From: Haliotis cracherodii
Taxonomy: Eukaryota
Direction of reading: 5' to 3'
Length of the DNA: 64,000 bases
Assembly (NCBI RefSeq): GCF_022045235.1
Contig: NW_027266264.1
Span: forward strand, 56,668,001-56,732,000
In this document: piece after piece, positions 42,301 through 51,300 of the stretch
How positions within the stretch are numbered: the stretch's first letter is position 1
Layout of the letters: each line of letters starts with the position of its first letter
Translations under genes and position numbers: made by a program
Notes under the pieces: model-generated
What the model was told of the DNA's origin: nothing
What the model saw: only the letters and a program-made list of their open reading frames with translations
The model's database searches: none

Positions 42301-45300
42301 ATCACACTGTACCAGGCACAGAGACACCTCATCAGACTTCCATTTTGGAAATGGCAAATGAAAACCTCATTCTACTGTTCATTACTTTACTGACGGAGAT
42401 ACAATAAATAACTGATGGTGACGACTACCGATATAAGGCCACAACAAGTCAGTCTTTGGATTTTCATCCAAATCTTTGCCAAATGTCAGATGGTAGACAC
42501 TAATTTTTAAAAACATTTTTTTAAACAATCTCATCAAGACATGTACATTAAGTGATGGATGAAGCAAGAATGTTTTGTAGGACTATGTATATGGTGTAGT
42601 TCACCAAGTTAAAAGGAGGCAGCACACATCGCAAGGCGCCATTGATACTGCCCATTTCAATGATTAAACATCAGATCCTTGTTGTGCAACCTTTACAAAA
42701 AAACTTCATCAATAAAAATAAGAACAATTTCAATTTAGTTGGTTTGTTCCACATTCTACCAACCCGACCGGTTGAGTTATGATGAAACATAGAATGTCAT
42801 CCATTGTATCATGACGTCACAGCATTCTGCATGATGTTATCGCCTTGCAGACTAATTTTATGTCTATCTCACAACTCTGAAAGTTTACTTTGAGAGAGAG
42901 TCCAAAAGAAAATTACTGATAACTTTTGTATTTTTCAATGTCTTATATCGCGAGGAAGTGTTATGCCCATTGTAGTGGCAAGTTGTTCCTAACAAGCCAC
43001 ACAAGTGCCACGGTTTGATGAATTGAGAGGGGAGCAAGACTTGCTTAATAGTTCTGCATCCTCGTGGTATATGTCGGCCGGCTACCCCTCTGCAGCTGAC
43101 ATGGACTTCAATGTTCTTAGCAGAGACCATATAATCTATCATATGATCTCTGCTCTTAGGTAGAGCCTCAACCATTAAAAGTCCATCGCACCATACTTAA
43201 ACACCTGCTTTCCAGTTTGTGATATTGAGAATTCAACATCCAAACATGTAATACTCAATAACACCTGCAAATCTGAAAACATTGCTCATACTATTAACCA
43301 CTAGTTTGCCTTGCCCACATTCAATTATTTATAGGCTGCTTTGCTGTGAATGGCATATTGATGACTGCATACCTTCACAGGCTACACCGTACTGCCAGGC
43401 TTTCTGGTTGTAGAAGGGGAGACAGCGCTCACAGAACTGGCCCACTGTGTTGCCGCCACACACACATTCGTAGATCTGGGTCTGTGCACTGAGTACACAG
43501 TCTGTGGCATGGCCGTTACACACACACTCCGCCATCACCTCAAGCTCTGATATGGCGAAGTGTTGCTGAAAGATAGACATGACATCTCAATTACTTTCAG
43601 ATCCGAAAGGACAGAAGAGTCGCTAAAATATAGACATGGTTTCTTGATTACTTTCAGCTCCGAAAGGACAAAGAGTCGCTGAAATATAGACATGGCATCT
43701 CGATTACTTTCAGCTCCGAAAGGACAAAGAGTCGCTGAAATACAGATATAATGTCTCACAGAAAAACAATCTGATGGTCAGTTTGACTTACAGTTTTTTT
43801 GTACGACAAACAATGACCATCAGTCATTTATTTCGTATATGACATTATAAAATGTACAAGCTTTAAATAATAATGACTCCCTGAATACAATCCGATCTCG
43901 GCAATGTCAGACAGGTCCATTTTTTAATGAACGGTGGGGGGGGGGATAAAGTCTTGTATTTCCAGAATATTCTCACAATTTTCCTGTCAAACATCTGTAC
44001 CATTTCTCCATATACTGATTGTCATATCTCTTCCACTTTTGGCTGCAATCGTTTGGCCATTGCGTTTATCTGTGTTACCCAGCTACATCTATGGGGAATA
44101 ACTCATAAGATACTCCCCTCTCAAAAATAACTTGTCGTCTAACTTACGTCAACAAGTTGTGAGAGCGGAGAGCATGTTCCAATCTCCAGATATGATGTAA
44201 TTTTATTCATTTTTTTGTCATTTGTCATTTATATATAACGCATTGTTCTACCCCTATCAGGAAATCTGGCAATTCCATTGGCAGGGATAAGAATGGATAA
44301 TTTCCTTTTCAGCTGAAACCTCTTTGCAATGGAGCGTGGTCCATAATTAGTGGGTGTTTAGGGGTAAGCCATGAGATTTTAATAAATTTGTGGTCACTAA
44401 AACATGCGGAAATTTGCAGATCCGCGGAAGATTCTCACCCCTGCATTGGTTTGTCCATACAACGTGAAGAAACAATTCATTTTGATGTAGACCCCCAAAT
44501 CATGTCACTGACACTGACCTCAAATATTGATTCAATACATGATCAGATGATGAATACTGACTTGTCTGCTAGTAAACAAGATGGCTTCTGATACAACATT
44601 TTACGGTTCACAGCAAAGTTACTGTAACGAAACAGAGGACAGTTTAAAGACTCTCTGAATTTGTATTGCATTTTGTTATAACAAAACAAAATGTTTACTC
44701 TTGATCAGGTTAACATGTGAAAACAAAGACCCATGGGCCCAACCCCTACAGGGCTCTGACCGGCCCTTGGCCTGCTGCCTCGTTCCGATCAGACAACCTC
44801 AGGCGTCGGGTCATCGGGTCCTTGTTTTTGCATGTTGACCTCATCAAGATTAATTGTTATATTCAGTCAGGTGAGCTCACAAAGAAGGTGCTGATTTCTA
44901 TTTGTCAGTGATCAGCACTTATAAGACAGCTTAGAACAGTTGAGATACTGACTTCATTCTTTCCTAGTAGCCTAGAATTGCTTTCCATTTATTTGTCTTT
45001 TACAAATCAAATGAAACAGTGTACTCAATGATGATCTGATTTTGATTTCTAAACATTCAGAGCTTTCTGTTTAAACCCATCATTTACAAGGTAGAGAGAT
45101 GCTATTCATCAGTTGGTCCAACTTAGACTAACATATCGGCTTGGTTAAAAAGTAATAGTGATTGAGTGAGTGAGTTTGGTTTAACGCCGCTTTTAACAGT
45201 ATTCCAGTTATATCACGGCGTGTCAGCTTAATGAGGGAGGAAAGCCCCAAGTGATGCAGGTCTCAGACGTTTACCACTTCGGTGAAACCCACGAGCACGG

Positions 45301-48300
45301 GTATGGTGCTGACAAACCTAGAGACATAATTGGGGCGAACCGGGGTTCGAACCCACAATAATAGGTTTCTGGTGTGCCCAAGGTACGCAACTCTGCACAG
45401 CGAATCGCAGCGCCTTAGACGACTGGGCCACCCGTGCCCCCTAAGAAGTAATAGTCAGTAATAGACTTCTCAATGTATTTGTGAGTGCTTGAGTATGGAT
45501 TTACTCCGCTTTTTGCACTATTCCAGCAATATCATGGCAGGGGACCCTAGAAATGGGCTTCACACATTGTACCCATGTCGGGAATCAAACCCGGGTCTTT
45601 GGCGTGATGAGCGAACGCTTTAACCACTAGGCTACCGGACCACCCCCTCAATATATTTGTAACTAAATAAATCAATGATCATTTGATTATATACATCATC
45701 ACCATTAACCTGAATTTACATAATTTCTAATAAAAAACTGATGACATGACATAATTTCAGTCTGTGACTTTAGCCACTTGTCAGTAGCCAGAGTCTAGTA
45801 AAATGTCTTTCAGTCTAGTAACCTTTACTATTACAAGTCCACTTATTAACCTATGTACTGAAGATGATGTCAAGTGTCAGGGTCAGGCGTGAAGACTCAC
45901 ATGATTTGGGGCACAGATTGTAATTATATAGTAGAATATTGTTATATATAGAAACGGACTCCGTCTGTCCGTCCGTCACGTTTCGTTTCCGGAGCATAAC
46001 TCAGAAACCGTTTAATATTTGTTCATGACACTTTGCAGGTCTGTCAAGTACATGCTGAACTGGTGCATTTTGCTATTTAGAAATTTTAGAAATTTTTATT
46101 TTTTACATTTCCATGGCAACAAGATGGACTTAGGTTTCCAAACTCTTTTTTTTACAATTTCCATGACAAATTCCACCTCGGTTAAAAAAGGTTAGGGTTT
46201 GTTTAGATTTAATTAAGTCATAAATTCTGCAACAGGGGCGGAGGATATAGCCACGTTAGTGGCAAACTCTTGTTTGAATTTCATTAATAATCAAAATTAC
46301 ATTGACTGTCATTGAGACAAGCAATCATGTGCTCCTTTGAAAATACATATATTTTCATGTCATGATTTAACAATACCACTGATGAGAGATGACAATACAC
46401 TGCACTGCCAAGTTAGCAGCCTGAAGCGTGACAATGACGTTTATTGATTCTGGATTGTACAGACCCTAACACCTGTTACCAAGCCAGATCTTTTGTTTGT
46501 TGTAAGCACATAACTATTGTATGTGTCTAGTGGAGGAATCAATACTTTCTTTACCTGTCACAAAGGCTTCATACACCGACTTAACTGGCGTTTGTAGTAA
46601 TTAACAATGAAAGTTATATTAATTTTTATTACAGAATGCAAGGCATTCTCACAGGGAGACAGCCATGGCAACGAGGTTAGGCCACAGTAAATGTCTTCTT
46701 TGGAATATCCTCAAAAATTTCTCATAGAATTTTTCTGATTATGAAAAGGTTACAGTGGATGCCAAAACTAGGACTCAACAGATGTAATTAGGTCCTATTA
46801 CCTAAATTCAATGGTATCTCAACAGTAAATGTTATCATTTGAAAATGACTGTCACCACATTCTGATAAAATACACATGAAGTCCTAAAACTATTATTATT
46901 TTTTAATAACTTTTTTTTCAGAATTACATGCACTAACTGTAGTATCATTAAAAACAGATACATTTAACCCGTGAAGATCTGGATTAGAATTGTTTTTCAG
47001 CAACCCATGTTGCGAGAAGTGACTAACGGGATCGGGTGGCCAGGCTCACTGACTTGATTGATGCATGTCATTGTATCCATTTTGCATAGATAGATGTTTA
47101 TGATGTGAAGCATAATGATTGTCTGGTCCAGACTCGATTATTTACAGATCGCTGTCATATAGCTGGAACATTTAAACAAACAAACAAACAAACATATAGC
47201 TACATGTAATATAAATACCCTAGATCATCGATCATCAAGACAATCCCCTCCAGCTTAAAACTACCCGGTAATCATATTCCCAAGACTGTCCGAAGACATC
47301 CATCAGAGAGGGTAACAGTGCTTGATGAAATGCCTTGTTTCTATGGAGTCATTGTTGTAAACATTGCAAGACTCAAGAAAACTCAAAGCTTTGCATGACT
47401 GTGTACTTACAAAGCGAAGTGCTTCTGGGCTGAGAGTCCTTTCAATTTCATAGAACTCAATTCGGATATAGCGGGCTCTTGTCCATTCCTGAAAATAAAA
47501 ATTGCCAATGCACAATTATTCCAATATTATATTTTAATTGTGATATTGGATACATATTTGAATTTCTCAGTACCTCAATCAATCACTTCACAGTTTCATG
47601 CTATGGTTTTTGCTTTACTTGTTTTGTTTCATATAATACCCACATGTTATACAAAAAATACTTAAAGATTTACTCTGCATACCTAAAAGAAATTGTAAAA
47701 ATGAATTTCAAAAAGACAATTGACTCTCCCAGAAGCAAATCTTGGATTGAAGAAAAAGACAAATAAGATTAATGGTGAAATCAGAAGCTGTGCCGATAAG
47801 CAGATATATAAGGAGAAATGGAGAACCATAGACGATCTTACCCTGAGTTCACTTGGAACAGCAGTGAAATTAAACTGAATCTGAAACAAAAAGTGTGTCA
47901 GTGTTTGACAGCTTTATCACAGGCTTCTCTTGAATGAATAATGTCTTATTGATGCTCTAATCTCTATTCATGCTAATGTGGTCATTATTTTACAATCGAT
48001 GTACCATCAGGTAGGATGCAGTCAGTATTTAACGATACCATCAGGATGCATGCAGTCAGTACTTTACAATACCATCGGATAGGATGCAGTCAGTATTTTA
48101 CAATACCATCAGGTAGAATGCAGTAAGTATTTAACGATACTGACAGGATGCATGCAGTCAGTATTTTACAATACCATCAGATAGGATGCAGTCAGTATTT
48201 TACAATACCATCAGGTAGAATGCAGTCATTATTTTACAATACCATCAGGATGCATGCAGTCAGTATTTTACAATACCATCAGATAGGATGCAGTCAGTAT

Positions 48301-51300
48301 TTAACGATACCGTCAGGATGCATGCAGTCAGTATTTTACAATACCATCAGATAGGATGCAGTCAGTATTTTACAATACCATCAGATAGGATGCAGTCATT
48401 ATCTTACGATACCATCAGGTGGGATGCAGTCATTTTTTTACAATACCATCAGATAGGATGCAGTCATTATCTTACAATACCATCAGGTAGGATGCAGTCA
48501 GTATTTTACAATACCATCAGGTAGGATACAGTCTTTATTTTACAATACCATCAGGATGGATGCAGTCAGTATTTTACAATACCATCAGGATGGATGCAGT
48601 CAGTATTTTACAATACCATCAGGTAGGACATGTAGGATGCAGTCATTATTTAACAGTACAATCAAGGGAGATGCAGTCTGTATTGTATCCAACCTGTAGT
48701 AAGTGCTTTGACCACACGTTCAGTGGTGCATATGGTGCACAACAAATGTCAATTAATATTATAATGCCGTATTCGACGTAATAAGCGCCCCCCTCTAATA
48801 AGCGTCCACGTCGATATTTGCTAATATATTGGCTAGTGAACAATCTCAATTAGCACCCCTTCTGATTGATCAATGTACACAAGACTTATTTATTCGTGAA
48901 TAATACGCACTCGTGTGTTATATGTACCCTTAATTATGGGCATTTAAGTCCTGGAAAAATACATCTGTCGTATATAAACATTTCAGGCTGTCAGCATAAA
49001 CCACGAAATCTACGATCTTTTAACACCAAAATAATATTCTGAAAAAAAAAACCTATTTCTAATTTTGAGAGCGCCCTGGGCGCTTATTACGTCGAATACG
49101 GTAATCATTATCATTATTATAACAGTGAACAGTAACCCACATGAACCAAAACAACAGGAAATCATTTCACTTGAACTTTGAGATGTGTCCAGCAGTTGTA
49201 ACAGTATTATTTACAAAGTTTCTAGTTTTCAAAGTGATATTGAACTGCTGTATGTATCACTGTCAACTCACAGTTTCAAAGGTGACAGCTGTGTTCTGGG
49301 TGTATCGTGAACACACAGCATCTCCAGGGACAGTGGGGAGGTCAGTCGGGGGCCTACTGAACTTGGACTGGCACTCCTCGGCAAAGTTGACCTTGTACGC
49401 CCATGGTGCATACCCCATTGTAAGGTTGTCTGACTTGTGGATCGCCATGAAGTTGGGCCTTTTGGCATCTCCCAACTTCAAGATAAGCAGTTGCACTGTG
49501 AACGACTGCAACAGATTTTAAAAGTATTTTACTCCCTTGAAAACATCACTATCTTTAAGTGGCACATTAATTGTTTGTTTGTCTGTCCTTTAACGCCACA
49601 TATGGATTAACACCACTTTCAGAAATATTTCTGTAATATTATGGGAGGGGACACAAGAAATGGGCTTTGCACATCACACCCATGTGGAGAATCAAACCAA
49701 GGTCTTTGGCATTATGAGCAAACTGTTCAACCACTAGGCTGCCACACTACCCCTCAGGGACATTTGATAATGATAAGAAAGAAGAAAATAGCTTCCTCTA
49801 CACAACCATGTGTGTTGTTGGGATTTCCATCCAGACATCATGAGATAGCATTCACATTGTCTCATCTTTCTGAGGTTTACTGTTGTTCTAAATGTCAACT
49901 CTAACCGGTCTTAGTCAACACGACAAGAGTATACATGCTACACTGATGTCGTGTAGAAAGGTCTGTGGCACTACCTTGGCACCAGGTGTTCACATGAGTC
50001 TGTTTTGAACAAGTTGTGGTTTTAACCTCAGCTTCAGAACTGTTTTCTGGTCTACATCTGGTGATTTGGCAAGTTCTTGCCAAAAACAAGGTAAAATTGT
50101 TTCCAACTTCAAGTTTTTTACTTTAATCTGTATTCAACAGAAAACAATATATAGTATCGTCTCTGTCACAGACATCCTAAATTGACTTCTCAACAATTTC
50201 TAATTTTTTGTCAAATGAAAAAGAAATTATTTCATTAAATATTTGAATAGGTAGAGAAATGCCCTTGAAATGCAAATCTAAATTGAAACATGTTAAATAG
50301 TTAAACAGAATAAACATTGTGGGGTGGGGGGATGGATGGGTAATTCCATCCTGGATATGGCATACTGGTAAATAAATCCTCAAATGGTCCCAAATTGCCC
50401 AAAATTTTGTAGTGATCATTGCTTTTGATCATTTCATGTAAATTCTTGAGATAGTTCAACGANNNNNNNNNNNNNNNNNNNNNNNNNNNNNNNNNNNNNN
50501 NNNNNNNNNNNNNNNNNNNNNNNNNNNNNNNNNNNNNNNNNNNNNNNNNNNNNNNNNNNNNNNNNNNNNNNNNNNNNNNNNNNNNNNNNNNNNNNNNNNN
50601 NNNNNNNNNNNNNNNNNNNNNNNNNNNNNNNNNNNNNNNNNNNNNNNNNNNNNNNNGTGCTTGCCCACTGAGATACCATGAAATAGTTTAACATGGATAC
50701 TTCACTCAGTCCTTGTTTTATCATTAACGAAGAAAGAAATGTTATTAATGGTGACAGATACAAAATAATAATGTAATGTCACCAAAACAGGTCCATATTT
50801 TCTTATACTAGATTAAAAACAAAACAAAACATTTTTTGTTATTGCCCAGGGCTTTGTACCATAATTGAATCCAAATTTGATGCATCAGTGATGCAATTCC
50901 CTTGTTTGAAATATATCATATATACCATTTTTAGGTGAACAATTGACTTGCCTTTGCATATGTGGAGCAGGATACCCTCACTTTCTTGTAAACACCTGGT
51001 ATCATCACTATTTGATAGTGATTTATAATCATAATATTTGCGCATCAATATTACTTCCTGATGAATAATGAGTGTTTATGTATTTGTGGTTTAAAGATAT
51101 CCATTTAACCAAGTTTCAGAAGTCTGTATTTTTAATCTGACTCGTTTTGCTAACAAAGTAAAATGCATCAGTATCAATTAAAGAACCTAATAAATATGAA
51201 ATAAAAAACCGTACCTGACTTTTTTCCAAATGGTATAGAATTCTAATGATAGATGGTTCTAACAAGTTATAACCAAATCAAAGAGTCAATAAGTCTGATA

